Part shown: positions 19,818-29,889 of the stretch, piece by piece | Layout of the letters: every line of letters begins with the position of its first letter | Numbering within the stretch: the stretch's first letter is position 1 | DNA from: Methanomicrobiales archaeon | GTDB lineage: Archaea > Halobacteriota > Methanomicrobia > Methanomicrobiales > Methanospirillaceae | DNA length: 59,676 nucleotides | Direction of reading: 5' to 3' | Assembly (NCBI GenBank): GCA_026394765.1 | Contig: JAPKXQ010000082.1 | Coordinates: forward strand, 1 to 59,676 | The notes under the pieces: generated by a model | What the model was told of the DNA's origin: nothing | The model's database searches: none | What the model saw: only the letters and a program-made list of their open reading frames with translations | Made by a program: the position numbers and the translations under genes

Positions 19818-21667
19818 AGCGGTACCTCCAGGTCATCTCCCTTGATGATGCCCTCGCTCTGATAGACAAGGAGGTCCCGCGAAAGGTCAGCTCCGCGCGG
19901 GTGCCCCTCATGGCATCTGTGGGCAGGGTCACTGCTTCCCCAATCTATGCAGCCAACTCGGTCCCTGAGGTCCACCTCGCTGCTATGGACGGTATCGCGG
20001 TGCAGAGCAGTGAGACTGTGGGCGCATCAGATCAGAACCCAGTCATACTACCTGATGCCGTGATGGTCAATACCGGAGGTGTGGTGCCAGAAGGATACGA
20101 CGCAGTGGTGATGATCGAGGACGTCTGGAGAAGTGGGGACCAATTCATCGTCAGGAAGGCTGTAAGCCCCTGGCAACACATCCGCCCGGCCGGAGAGGAC
20201 ATCACGCAGACGGAGATGGTCCTCCCGTCTTTTCATGCGATACGGCCGCATGAGATCGGAGCGCTCGCCGCATATGGCGTCTCTGAACTCGATGTGATTG
20301 AAGTGAGTGTGGGTCTCATCCCAACAGGATCAGAACTCGTCCCTTCCGGGACCCGGCCCCTCCCAGGCCAGGTTGTCGAGAGCAATACTGCGATGGCCGA
20401 GGCCATGCTTATCGCACTCGGTGCCAGCTGCACCCGCTATCCTATAGTCCCTGACGACCCCGATGCCATCATGAGTGCCGTAAGTCAGGGCGCAGCTGCG
20501 CACGATCTCCTGATCGTCTCTGCCGGGTCTTCAGCTGGGACACGTGACTTCACTGCCCAGGTGATCGCTGAGCTCGGCACAGTCCTCGCTCATGGTGTCG
20601 CCATCAAGCCAGGTAAACCGGTTATCATCGGGAGAGTAGGGTCTACCCCGGTGGTAGGCATGCCCGGTTACCCCCTGTCAGCCCTGACCATCCTCCGTGA
20701 GGTCCTCCCCAGGCTTCTCTCCCGTTTCGGTCTCCCTCGTCGCACACCTGAGGAGATCGAGGCGGTACTGTCCTCGACCATCGCATCAGACCTGGGGATC
20801 GATGAATTTGTCTTTGTCGCAGTTGGGAAGGTGGCGGGCCGCTGGGTTGCAGCCCCCCTCTCCCGCGGTGCCGGTGTTCAGATGAGCGCGGTCCGGGCTA
20901 ACGGGGTCCTTTCCGTCCCTGCCAGTTCTGAAGGGTACGAAGCGGGGTCATCTGTCAGGGTGAGGCTCATGGTGGAGAGGGCCCAGGTCGATTCTGCCCT
21001 CCTCATCACCGGGAGCCATGACCCGGCCCTCGATATCCTATCAGATCTCCTCGCACAGGAGGGGTTCGAGGCACATTCGGCGCATACAGGGAGTATGGGT
21101 GGTTTAATAGCCCTTGGGAGGCGGGAGTGCCATGCCGCACCAACCCACCTCCTCGGCCCTGATGGAGAGTACAACACCTCGTTTGTCAGGCGTATCATAC
21201 CGGGTGAGGAGATCGTACTGGTAAGCGTCGCAGGGAGAGCCCAGGGAATAGTCTCTCGTGACGGGCTTGGGTTTGATGCGATAACCACCCACCGCTTTAT
21301 CAACCGGCAGAAGGGATCCGGGACAAGGCTCCTCCTTGACTACCTCCTCACGAAGGAGGGCATCTCGCATGAAAAGATCACCGGATACTCCCGGGAAGTC
21401 ACCACCCACCTTGCAGTTGCGCTTGCAGTTAAGTCAGGAGAAGCTGATATGGGCATGTGTGTAAAGAGTGCGGCATTTGCCCTCGACCTCCCCTTCGTAC
21501 CTGTTGCAGACGAGAGATATGAACTCGCCATCCGGACATCTGACTGGGATGATATTAGGATCAGGGCTCTCGTCCAGGCGATTGACTCAGTGATGTTTCA
21601 GGAAGCCCTCCATGCTCTCGGGGGGTACGACACCTCTATCTCCGGGAAGCAGCGGCGATTGCCCTGA
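19811..21667 (+). CDS. MoeA paralog fused to a C-terminal periplasmic-binding-protein-like domain
   Basis: MoeA motifs (AAMDGIAV, VSAGSSAGTRDF, GVAIKPGKP, GMPGYPLS) are followed by about 200 aa with ITGSHDPALDIL...NRQKGSGTRLLLD, which looks PBP-type. The start (TTG 19811 or GTG 19814) overlaps the upstream moeA stop. Confidence 0.85.
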   Translation: MVKRYLQVISLDDALALIDKEVPRKVSSARVPLMASVGRVTASPIYAANSVPEVHLAAMDGIAVQSSETVGASDQNPVILPDAVMVNTGGVVPEGYDAVVMIEDVWRSGDQFIVRKAVSPWQHIRPAGEDITQTEMVLPSFHAIRPHEIGALAAYGVSELDVIEVSVGLIPTGSELVPSGTRPLPGQVVESNTAMAEAMLIALGASCTRYPIVPDDPDAIMSAVSQGAAAHDLLIVSAGSSAGTRDFTAQVIAELGTVLAHGVAIKPGKPVIIGRVGSTPVVGMPGYPLSALTILREVLPRLLSRFGLPRRTPEEIEAVLSSTIASDLGIDEFVFVAVGKVAGRWVAAPLSRGAGVQMSAVRANGVLSVPASSEGYEAGSSVRVRLMVERAQVDSALLITGSHDPALDILSDLLAQEGFEAHSAHTGSMGGLIALGRRECHAAPTHLLGPDGEYNTSFVRRIIPGEEIVLVSVAGRAQGIVSRDGLGFDAITTHRFINRQKGSGTRLLLDYLLTKEGISHEKITGYSREVTTHLAVALAVKSGEADMGMCVKSAAFALDLPFVPVADERYELAIRTSDWDDIRIRALVQAIDSVMFQEALHALGGYDTSISGKQRRLP

Positions 21668-22079
21668 CTACCGCAACTTTAGGGCTCTTGCAACTAATAA
21701 CTCCCGGAATATCCCATGTATGGAGGCCAAATACGGGACGACCGATCCTGCATGCGATCGCGATCTCTGATAGTGTGCCGTATGACCCCCCGACCGCAAT
21801 GACTACATCTGCGGACTGGACGAGGACAAAGTTCCTAGCATGGGAGAGGCAGCTCCTGATGACTACCTGGACATAGGGGTTTTCACCGTCCACTCCTGGA
21901 AGGACACCTACCGTGAGCCCTTCTTCCTCCCTCGCCCCCTGGCATGCCGCCTCCATGACTCCCCCAAGTCCTCCGCAGATGAGTGTAGCACCATTTCGGG
22001 CGACCTCGCGCCCCACCTCATAGGCGGTCCGCCACTCCTCACCAGTGCATGACCCCGCACCTATGATTGCGACCTGCAT
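21636..22079 (-). CDS. TIGR00725-type SLOG/LOG-like Rossmann protein
   Basis: MQVAIIGAGS...ATLICGGLGGVMEAACQGA...GVLPG...AVGGSYGTLSEIA. 147 aa. Its 3' end overlaps the convergent moeA-PBP gene by 32 nt. Confidence 0.7.
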   Translation of the reverse strand: MQVAIIGAGSCTGEEWRTAYEVGREVARNGATLICGGLGGVMEAACQGAREEEGLTVGVLPGVDGENPYVQVVIRSCLSHARNFVLVQSADVVIAVGGSYGTLSEIAIACRIGRPVFGLHTWDIPGVISCKSPKVAVVRAIAAASRR

Positions 22080-22202
22080 GAGGCTGAATTGCGTTCAGAA
22101 GTGGTTAGAGCTTACGTTTTTTTTGAAATACCCGGAAATGAAAAGATAAGGCAGAAACCTGAGGGAAAACCTATTTTATGTTGCACAGGACACCAGAGCG
22201 TG

Positions 22203-22544
22203 ATGGTGCAGGTAGAGACCCTGCGACATGGACAGATCACAGTGGTGGTGATGCCACAGAGGTGTGACTCATATGTCGCAATGGATGTCGACAGAGCTCT
22301 CAAAGAAGTCATCAGTGAGGGCACGGGAATGATTGTATGTGATTTTTCAAAGACCGAGTATGTATCAAGTGGCCTTTTGAGGGTCCTCCTCGGATCCCAG
22401 AAAAACCTCAAGAAGAGGGGGGGCAACCTGACAGTAGCAGCACTCTCAAGCTATGTGCTGGAAGTCTTCGAGACAACTGGATTTACACGGATATTTTTCA
22501 TCTATACAGACACAGACGAGGCGCTCACGGCGCTTGGGAGGTAA
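22203..22544 (+). CDS. STAS-domain protein (SpoIIAA / anti-sigma-antagonist-like)
   Basis: ...ITVVVMPQRCDSYVAMDVDRALKEV...MIVCDFSKTEYVSSGLLRVLLGSQKNLKKRGGNLTVAALSSYVLEVFETTGFTRIF. The ATG at 22203 gives the usual ~113 aa. The ORF opens at 22089. Confidence 0.7.
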   Translation: MVQVETLRHGQITVVVMPQRCDSYVAMDVDRALKEVISEGTGMIVCDFSKTEYVSSGLLRVLLGSQKNLKKRGGNLTVAALSSYVLEVFETTGFTRIFFIYTDTDEALTALGR

Positions 22545-22583
22545 GGTGAATAGGATGTTTATGACACCGGGGGGATCATTTCC

Positions 22584-24308
22584 ATGAAAGCCACAGTTGC
22601 TGACCTGATCTTTCAGTACCTCGATGTCCTCGGGGTGGAATACATATTTGGGGTGCCAGGGATGACCCTGGAGCCTTTCCTTGGAGCATGCAGAAAGAAT
22701 GGCAAGGTGATACCTGTCCTTACAAAGCACGAAGAGGGAGCTGCGTTTATGGCCGATGGCTATGCGAGGGTGCATGGCACGATGGGAGCATGCTTTGGTA
22801 CTTCAGGCCCGGGGGTCACCAACCTCATATCAGGTATTGCGAACTCATATGTCGACGAGGTACCGGTGATCGTCTTCACCGGTCAGATCCCGACATTCAC
22901 CAACAGGAAGGGAACTCTCCAGGACTCAACCCGTAAAGGGATCAACTCGGTCCAGCTCTTCGACCCGGTCTGCAAGAGTAGCGTGATCATCACTTCGAAG
23001 TACACCGCCCAGTACGATATCAGACAGGCACTGGAGTATGCCCTTTCAGGGAAGCGTGGCCCGGTCCATCTTAGTATCCCAAAAGATATCCAGGCAGCCG
23101 AGGTGGAGGTGGAAATGAAGCCTTCTGCCTTCACGCCCCCTGTTGCAGAGTACTTCGACCGCCGACTCGTCATCAATGCGGCAGAGGAACTTGTAAGGGC
23201 GGTCTCGCCTGTTATCCTTATTGGGAGCGGTGCAGTCGCATCGGGAGCATCTGAAGAGATAAAGGACCTTGCTGAGATGGTCAAGATCCCAGTCGCAACA
23301 ACCCCAAAGGCAAAGGGCGCGTTTCCCGAGGACCACCCACTCGCACTCGGTGTGCTGGGACTCGGAGGGTCCCCGCTCGCTGAGGCCTACATCAAGTCAG
23401 ATATGGTCGATCTCCTCCTCGTTGTGGGGGCGAGCCTGAACCAGGCCACGACCTTATCATGGGATCCTAAGATCGCACCATCGCGGTGCCTCATCCACAT
23501 CAACATCGATCCAACCGAGATTGGGGTGAACTACCATGCCGACATCCCGCTGGTGGGTGACGCCAGGACCATAGTAAACGAGATCTCCTTCCGGGTCCTT
23601 CGGTTCCTCGGTGACCAGGAGACTGTTGCGAGTGACCGTGAGGAGCAGATTGCCGCAATGAGGGGATCTGTTGGTACCTGCATTGCACCTGAAAAGATGA
23701 TGTCTAATGCAGTCCCCCTAAAGCCTCAGCGGCTGATCCGTGACCTCGAGGAGGCACTTCCAGATGACGCAATTCTCTTTACTGATGTAGGCAGCCACCT
23801 CATATGGGCGATCCACTACCTCAATGTGAAAAAGCCCGGATCTTTCATCGCACCCTTTGGCCTCCTCACGATGGGGTACGCCACCGCGGCTGCAATTGGA
23901 GGAAAGCTCGCTGCAAAGGAGAGGCCGGTCGTAGCCCTTGTCGGTGATGGCTGTTTCCAGATGAATGGGATGGAAGTGGCAACCGCGGTTAACTACAATG
24001 TCCCGGTGGTCTGGGTGATCATGAACAACGGAAGGCTTGGCCTGATCCATGCCTTGCAAAGGTACACCTTTGGGGATGACACCATCCTCACAAAGTTTTC
24101 CCAGGTCGACTTCGCCAGGATCGCCGAGGGGCTGGGAGCGGTCGGAGTCAGGGTAACATGTCCCGGAGAACTCACCAGGGCCCTTCCTGAAGCCATCCGG
24201 TCAGAGAGACCAACAGTTATCGACTGCATCATCGACCCTGATGAACTACCCCCGGTCACCCCGTTTGTCGAGGGGGCGCGAGAGTTTGCGATAAGAGCCC
24301 TCCTCTAG
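22584..24308 (+). CDS. Thiamine-diphosphate enzyme of the acetolactate synthase large-subunit family
   Basis: 574 aa. N-terminal Pyr domain (GVPGMTLEPF...HEEGAAFMADGYAR...GPGVTN) and a ThDP-binding motif GDGCFQMN...VIMNNG. No adjacent small subunit is present. Confidence 0.8.
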   Translation: MKATVADLIFQYLDVLGVEYIFGVPGMTLEPFLGACRKNGKVIPVLTKHEEGAAFMADGYARVHGTMGACFGTSGPGVTNLISGIANSYVDEVPVIVFTGQIPTFTNRKGTLQDSTRKGINSVQLFDPVCKSSVIITSKYTAQYDIRQALEYALSGKRGPVHLSIPKDIQAAEVEVEMKPSAFTPPVAEYFDRRLVINAAEELVRAVSPVILIGSGAVASGASEEIKDLAEMVKIPVATTPKAKGAFPEDHPLALGVLGLGGSPLAEAYIKSDMVDLLLVVGASLNQATTLSWDPKIAPSRCLIHINIDPTEIGVNYHADIPLVGDARTIVNEISFRVLRFLGDQETVASDREEQIAAMRGSVGTCIAPEKMMSNAVPLKPQRLIRDLEEALPDDAILFTDVGSHLIWAIHYLNVKKPGSFIAPFGLLTMGYATAAAIGGKLAAKERPVVALVGDGCFQMNGMEVATAVNYNVPVVWVIMNNGRLGLIHALQRYTFGDDTILTKFSQVDFARIAEGLGAVGVRVTCPGELTRALPEAIRSERPTVIDCIIDPDELPPVTPFVEGAREFAIRALL

Positions 24309-24455
24309 GAGGCGCAACCTTTTCACTCCTCCCCCAATCACAATAGTCCAAGCGTACGATCCCTTTTTACTCCCGTTCGTGGAGATCATGTAGGAAATCC
24401 CCCGGGTATGCGCCGATCTGGCGTGGACTGGGCGGACATGAAGAGGGGTTTTTAG

Positions 24456-27400
24456 GTGAAGGAAGTCACCAGCAACTACCGTGCAGGGGAGATCGAAGAC
24501 CGTGTACAGACCTACTGGAGGGAGAGCGAGGTCTATTCCAGAGTTAAAGACCAGGTGAGTTCAGGCCCGCCCTTCTTCTTTGTGGACGGTCCGCCCTACA
24601 CAACCGGGAATATCCATCTTGGGACTGCCTGGAACAAGATCATCAAAGACAGCATCCTCCGCTATCAGAGGATGCAGGGCAGCAATGTTATTGCCCGTGC
24701 CGGGTACGACATGCACGGCCTTCCGATCGAGGTGAGGGTCGAACAGAACCTGGGCTTCTCATCAAAAAAAGATATTGAGCAGTTTGGGATCGGACCTTTC
24801 ATTGAGGAGTGCCGCAGATTTGCCGCACACAACAAGGATCTGATGAGCGAGCAGTTCCAACGCCTCGGCGTATGGCTCGACTTCGAGGACCCTTACCAGA
24901 CCATGAGCCCTGAATATATCGAGGCAGCGTGGTGGACCCTGCAGAGGGCAGATGATACTGGGATGCTGGAGAGGGGGTCTCGCGTGGTGAACTGGTGCCC
25001 CAGGTGTGCCACAGCAATCGCAGATGCCGAGGTCGAGTACTGGGACGAGGAGGACCCTTCGATAGTGGTTAAGTTCCCGATCAGAGAGATGGAGGGGGAG
25101 TTCCTGGTGATATGGACCACCACTCCCTGGACCCTCCCTGCCAATGTGGCAGTAGCAGTCCACCCGGACATGATCTATGCCAGGGCGAGGGTGGAGAGGG
25201 GCGGCTTGACCGAGACACTCTGGATAGCAGAAGACCTCTTAAAACCGGTCTTAAAGCGGGGGCGCTACCAGTCATGTACAATTCTTGAGACCAGGAAGGG
25301 ATCCGATCTTGCTGGTATGCGCTATCGCTCTCCGCTCGCTGCGGTAGTTCCTGCACAGTCAGAGTTTGACCACCGGGTCGTCACCGCAGACTTCGTTACA
25401 GGTGAGAATACAGGCCTTGTCCACATAGCTCCTGGTCACGGGTGGGACGACTATCTCCTCGGGTGCCGTGAGGGACTGCCGATCTTCTGCCCGGTAGACG
25501 TCCAGGGCTGCTTCACTGACGAGGGGGGGGCTTTTTCCGGTATGTTCGTGAAAGCAGCCAACCCTGGCGTCCTTGAGGCGCTTGGCGACCACCTTATCAC
25601 CCAGGAGACAGTGAGCCACCGGTATGGTCACTGCTGGCGCTGCAAGACCCCTATCATATTCCGGGCAACCGAACAGTGGTTCCTGAAGATATCGGAACTG
25701 CGAGACGCCATGCTTGCCGAGGTTGAGAAGGTGCAGTGGTTCCCCGCATGGGCAGGCAGTGCACGCTTCCATGATTGGATCAAGGAGGCGCGGGACTGGT
25801 GCATCTCGCGCCAGCGGTACTGGGGGATCCCGATCCCTATCTGGCAGTGCCACTCCTGCGGGAGCCAGCGGGTGATAGGGACGATCGCTGAGCTCGAAGA
25901 GGCTTCAGGAGCACCACTGCCCGACCCCCATCGGCCCTATGTTGACCAGGTCACCATCCCCTGTTCTTGTGGGTCTGCCATGCGCCGGGTCGATGATATC
26001 TTTGATGTCTGGTTCGACTCGGCCGTTGCCTCCTGGGCGACGCTGCGGTTCCCCCGTGAACGAGAGGCATTCGATCAGCTCTGGCCCGCGGCCTTCATCA
26101 CCGAAGGGCAGGACCAGACGCGGGGATGGTTTTATTCCCAGTTGGGGGCGAGTACCATCGCGTTTGGGACCTCACCCTACCGCAGTGTGCTGATGCACGG
26201 TTTTGCCCTTGATGGCGAGGGGAGGAAGATGAGCAAGAGCCTTGGAAATGTGGTCACCCCGGATGAGGTGATATCTACCCAGGGCGTGGACGTCCTCCGC
26301 CTCTATGTCCTCTCATCGAGTGCTCCATGGGATGACTTAAGGTTCAACTGGGAGGGAGTGAGGACCGTTTCACGCGCCATCAATATATTCTGGAATGTCT
26401 ACCGCTTCCCTCTCCACTACATGATCCTCGATACATTCACTCCCGTAAGCGCGGGTGGGACATGGCAAGGGGACTATATCACCACCCATCTCTCCTCTCT
26501 TCCTGATGAGGACCGCTGGATAGTCTCCCGTGTCAATACCCTCGCAGCAGAGATGGCAGACGCCCTTGCAGAATGCTCACTTCACCGTGCTACAAGAGCG
26601 GCTCTCACTTTTATCCTTGAGGACCTCTCCCGGTGGTACGTCCAGCTCGTCCGCGCACGCATGTGGCTGGAGGGGGAGTCAGTCCCAAAGACGCAGGCCT
26701 ATGAAACGATATACTACGTCATGCGGACGGCAATCTCTCTTCTTGCACCATTTATACCCCATATCACCGAGGAGATGTATCGCAACATCAGGTGCGACAA
26801 AGACAAGGGGAGCGTCCATATGCTCAGGTGGCCTGCTCCTGCCCAGGATATGATGGACCCTGACCTTGAGCGGGACATGGCAATCGCCCGGTCCTTTGAC
26901 GAAGCACAAGCAAATGCACGTCAGGCCGGGAAGCGCAAGCTCAGATGGCCAGTCAGTCGCGTAACTGTTGCTGCGTCGTCTCCGACAGTTGCACAAGCGA
27001 TTCGGAGGCTTTCAGCGATATGCCAGGAGCGAGCGAATGCCAGGGACCTCGAGGTGGTGGAGGGGGTATGGGACCGCATCAGGTGGCGTGGGGAGCCGGT
27101 GATGAAAGTCCTTGGTCCAAAGTTTGGCAGGGCTGCTCCGGTCGTCCGCGACCTCATACTCGCTGCAGACAGTGCATCGATGCAGGAGGCCTTCTCGCGC
27201 GGGGACCAGTTCACCCTTCAGAAGGATGGGTCTTCTTATGATGTTGACCAGTCCTGCGTGGTCTTCCATGAGGAACTGCCACCCGACGCCTCCTCGGCAG
27301 AGATGGACGGCGGGAAGGTCTACATCGACCTCACCCTTGACGACAGCCTTGAAGCAGAGGCATACGCCCGGGAGGTCATCAGGAGGGTCCAGGAGATGCG

Positions 27401-27647
27401 ACGTACCCTGGACCTCGCAGTCGAGGAGTTCATCAGGGTGAGGGTAGCTATCGGGGACCCCAGAATTGCCACCCTTCTATCGTCCTCCTGGGAGGAAGGT
27501 ATCCAGACCGAGGTGCGCGCGCTGTCGGTTCAGATATCAGGTCCAGATAAGGCGTGCGATCAGGCAGTGACTCCTGCCCTGGTGCAGGACTGGGACGTGG
27601 AAGGGGTATCTTTCACCATACAGGTGACCCGGTCATCCGGTGAGTGA
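24456..27647 (+). CDS. ileS: Isoleucyl-tRNA synthetase
   Basis: 1063 aa. HIGH-type motif (PYTTGNIHLGTAWN), KMSKS, and an editing-domain-sized insertion. The GTG start at 24456 follows an in-frame TAG. Confidence 0.95.
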   Translation: MKEVTSNYRAGEIEDRVQTYWRESEVYSRVKDQVSSGPPFFFVDGPPYTTGNIHLGTAWNKIIKDSILRYQRMQGSNVIARAGYDMHGLPIEVRVEQNLGFSSKKDIEQFGIGPFIEECRRFAAHNKDLMSEQFQRLGVWLDFEDPYQTMSPEYIEAAWWTLQRADDTGMLERGSRVVNWCPRCATAIADAEVEYWDEEDPSIVVKFPIREMEGEFLVIWTTTPWTLPANVAVAVHPDMIYARARVERGGLTETLWIAEDLLKPVLKRGRYQSCTILETRKGSDLAGMRYRSPLAAVVPAQSEFDHRVVTADFVTGENTGLVHIAPGHGWDDYLLGCREGLPIFCPVDVQGCFTDEGGAFSGMFVKAANPGVLEALGDHLITQETVSHRYGHCWRCKTPIIFRATEQWFLKISELRDAMLAEVEKVQWFPAWAGSARFHDWIKEARDWCISRQRYWGIPIPIWQCHSCGSQRVIGTIAELEEASGAPLPDPHRPYVDQVTIPCSCGSAMRRVDDIFDVWFDSAVASWATLRFPREREAFDQLWPAAFITEGQDQTRGWFYSQLGASTIAFGTSPYRSVLMHGFALDGEGRKMSKSLGNVVTPDEVISTQGVDVLRLYVLSSSAPWDDLRFNWEGVRTVSRAINIFWNVYRFPLHYMILDTFTPVSAGGTWQGDYITTHLSSLPDEDRWIVSRVNTLAAEMADALAECSLHRATRAALTFILEDLSRWYVQLVRARMWLEGESVPKTQAYETIYYVMRTAISLLAPFIPHITEEMYRNIRCDKDKGSVHMLRWPAPAQDMMDPDLERDMAIARSFDEAQANARQAGKRKLRWPVSRVTVAASSPTVAQAIRRLSAICQERANARDLEVVEGVWDRIRWRGEPVMKVLGPKFGRAAPVVRDLILAADSASMQEAFSRGDQFTLQKDGSSYDVDQSCVVFHEELPPDASSAEMDGGKVYIDLTLDDSLEAEAYAREVIRRVQEMRRTLDLAVEEFIRVRVAIGDPRIATLLSSSWEEGIQTEVRALSVQISGPDKACDQAVTPALVQDWDVEGVSFTIQVTRSSGE

Positions 27648-28358
27648 AGAGAGAAGGGTTCTTCCTTCAGGAGATGAGAAGAGGGGAAGTTCCCAGTTTG
27701 CAGAGACAGTACTCCGAAAGACCTCAACGGGCTCTGATGTCCGCTGGTCGAAGCTATCCCTCTTCTCAACCTTTCGAAAGATAAGGATCCCGCGTCGCTG
27801 CCATGCGGGGGTCATCCCCAGGTTCACCCCCCGGCGGTACATCATATCATGGAGGGTGCGGGAAGGCTGGTTGAGCAGAGCTCGTGCCGCCTCCTGCGTG
27901 CTCATCCCCTCTCCGATGAGTGCCTGCTGGCAGTAGGCATTGATATGGTTACGCCATGCCTCGCCCTGCCGGTTGATGAGGTACTCGGTCGCGAGGGGGG
28001 CACTGACCTGGATCACCCGCGCATCGAATGAGAGTGGCGCAGGAGTTGTGAGTTCAAGGGTTAGGGCGCTCGCGGCGAATGATGCGACAACTGAATCCAT
28101 CTTCTCGACCCTCCCCCGGAAGGGGAGGTGGGTGAAGTAAAGGTTTATCTCATCTGAAAAGGTGAATGCGAGATCTGGAGAGAGGCCACTTTCAGTGAGG
28201 AGGCGAGTTGCGACCCTGACCATTGCTGATGCAAACTTCTCGTCAAAGGGCTTTTCCAGGGCGAGACCGTCTGCAAGGGAGTGGAACGACCGCCCATCGA
28301 TACGAATAAAGATAGGGGGTGCACAGAGGAGGTTGCTAAAGATCTCACGGCCCTTCAT
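27633..28358 (-). CDS. tRNA(His) guanylyltransferase-like protein (Thg1/TLP family)
   Basis: PPIFIRIDGRSFHSLADGL..EKPFDEKFASAM...FSDEINLYF. 241 aa. Its 3' end overlaps ileS by 15 nt. Confidence 0.75.
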   Translation of the reverse strand: MKGREIFSNLLCAPPIFIRIDGRSFHSLADGLALEKPFDEKFASAMVRVATRLLTESGLSPDLAFTFSDEINLYFTHLPFRGRVEKMDSVVASFAASALTLELTTPAPLSFDARVIQVSAPLATEYLINRQGEAWRNHINAYCQQALIGEGMSTQEAARALLNQPSRTLHDMMYRRGVNLGMTPAWQRRGILIFRKVEKRDSFDQRTSEPVEVFRSTVSANWELPLFSSPEGRTLLSSLTG

Positions 28359-28437
28359 GCGCTCCGCCTCCTTGGGACTAAAGGCCCAATGTCAGATAGT
28401 CCCTGCATATAACCCCGCAGGAGACCTGCGAGAGCGT

Positions 28438-28704
28438 TCAGCTCTCTTCAAAGTTCCCGGACCTGAATGCACCTGGGAGGTGCCTGATAATTGCGATGTC
28501 TCCTATGCTCCGAATTATACGAAACGGAATCTTCAGACCCTTGTAGTTCTTGATATCGACCAGCTCCGGGTTGAGCTTCCCTACCACGAGCGACTCGATC
28601 TTCTTTCCTTCGACGTCGATGATGACATCTTCCACCTCTCCCACAAAGATACTCTTCTCTGTGTAGATCTTAAGTTCAAAGAGATCTGTTATTTGCTTGC
28701 TCAT
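28438..28704 (-). CDS. PRC-barrel domain protein
   Basis: 88 aa. ...LKIYTEKSIFVGEVEDVIIDVEGKKIESLVVG... is the typical small archaeal PRC-barrel pattern. Confidence 0.6.
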   Translation of the reverse strand: MSKQITDLFELKIYTEKSIFVGEVEDVIIDVEGKKIESLVVGKLNPELVDIKNYKGLKIPFRIIRSIGDIAIIRHLPGAFRSGNFEES

Positions 28705-28755
28705 CCGGATCGTATCAACCTATAGGCTATATCAGTTAAAAAGATAATCCCCTCT

Positions 28756-29889
28756 ATGGATAGTTCTCTCAGGATAGGCTCTCTTTTTGGAATCCCAGTC
28801 CAGCTCCACGTCACTTTCCTTCTTGTAATCCCCCTCTTTGCCTGGATAATCGGCATTCAGATCCTCCCTACCATCGCCCTCCTGAGCGAGGTATTCGGTG
28901 TACAGGTAGACTCCACACTTATCACAAGGGGCAGCATGCCATTCATCCTCGGTGGTATCACCTCTCTTGGGCTCTTTTTCGGGGTCTTTCTCCACGAGGT
29001 GGCCCACTCCCTTATTGCGATGCGCAGTGGGATACGCATCGTAAGTATCACGCTCCTCATGTTCGGGGGCATCTCATCGATGGAAGAGGGGGAGCCAGAT
29101 CCTGCGGTTGAGCTCCCTATGGCCCTCGCCGGTCCTTTCACAAGCCTGGCGGCAGGACTTATCGCAGCAGGCCTCATGTACCTCGCCAATGCATTCGTGA
29201 CCCCGTCACCCGTCACAGGGGTACTGGTTTTTGTCTTTGGGTACCTGGCTCTCCTCAATGTCATGCTCTTTGCCTTCAACCTCATCCCCGCGTTCCCCAT
29301 GGACGGAGGTCGAGTGCTGCGCGCATGGCTCGCCACAAGGATGCCACTCTCCAGAGCAACCCGGATCGCGGCAACAATCGGAAAGGTATTTGCAGTTGCA
29401 TTTGGAATTATCGGCCTCATCCTCATAAACCCATTCCTCCTTCTCATCGCGTTCTTCATCTACACCGGCGCCTCCCAGGAGTTTTCCATTGTCAGATACA
29501 ATGTCCTCCTGAGGGACGTCACGGTGGGCGAGGTGATGAGCACCCCGGTCAAGACGATACCTGCCAACATGCCACTTGGGGAGATCCTCAAAGAGATGTA
29601 CACGAGTAAACACCTGGGTTTCCCGGTTGTCGACCATGGTGCTCCTGTGGGGATGGTCACTCTCGCTGACATCCACCGTGCCCCCCCTATCGATCGGGAC
29701 GCCATGCAGGCACGTGACATAATGACCCGTCACCTGGTGACGCTCCCGCCCGGTGCTCTCGTGCTCGAGGCCATGAAGATAATGGCAGCCAAGGATATCG
29801 GAAGGGTCGTCGTGGTAGAGGGAGACGCACTCGTCGGAGTTGTGACACGGACCGATATCATGAAGGTTGTCGAGATCCGGGACACTTAA
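28756..29889 (+). CDS. Site-2 protease family (M50) zinc metalloprotease with a CBS pair
   Basis: HEVAHSL (HExxH) in a TM helix, AFPMDGGRVL, multiple TM segments, and two C-terminal CBS motifs. Confidence 0.85.
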   Translation: MDSSLRIGSLFGIPVQLHVTFLLVIPLFAWIIGIQILPTIALLSEVFGVQVDSTLITRGSMPFILGGITSLGLFFGVFLHEVAHSLIAMRSGIRIVSITLLMFGGISSMEEGEPDPAVELPMALAGPFTSLAAGLIAAGLMYLANAFVTPSPVTGVLVFVFGYLALLNVMLFAFNLIPAFPMDGGRVLRAWLATRMPLSRATRIAATIGKVFAVAFGIIGLILINPFLLLIAFFIYTGASQEFSIVRYNVLLRDVTVGEVMSTPVKTIPANMPLGEILKEMYTSKHLGFPVVDHGAPVGMVTLADIHRAPPIDRDAMQARDIMTRHLVTLPPGALVLEAMKIMAAKDIGRVVVVEGDALVGVVTRTDIMKVVEIRDT

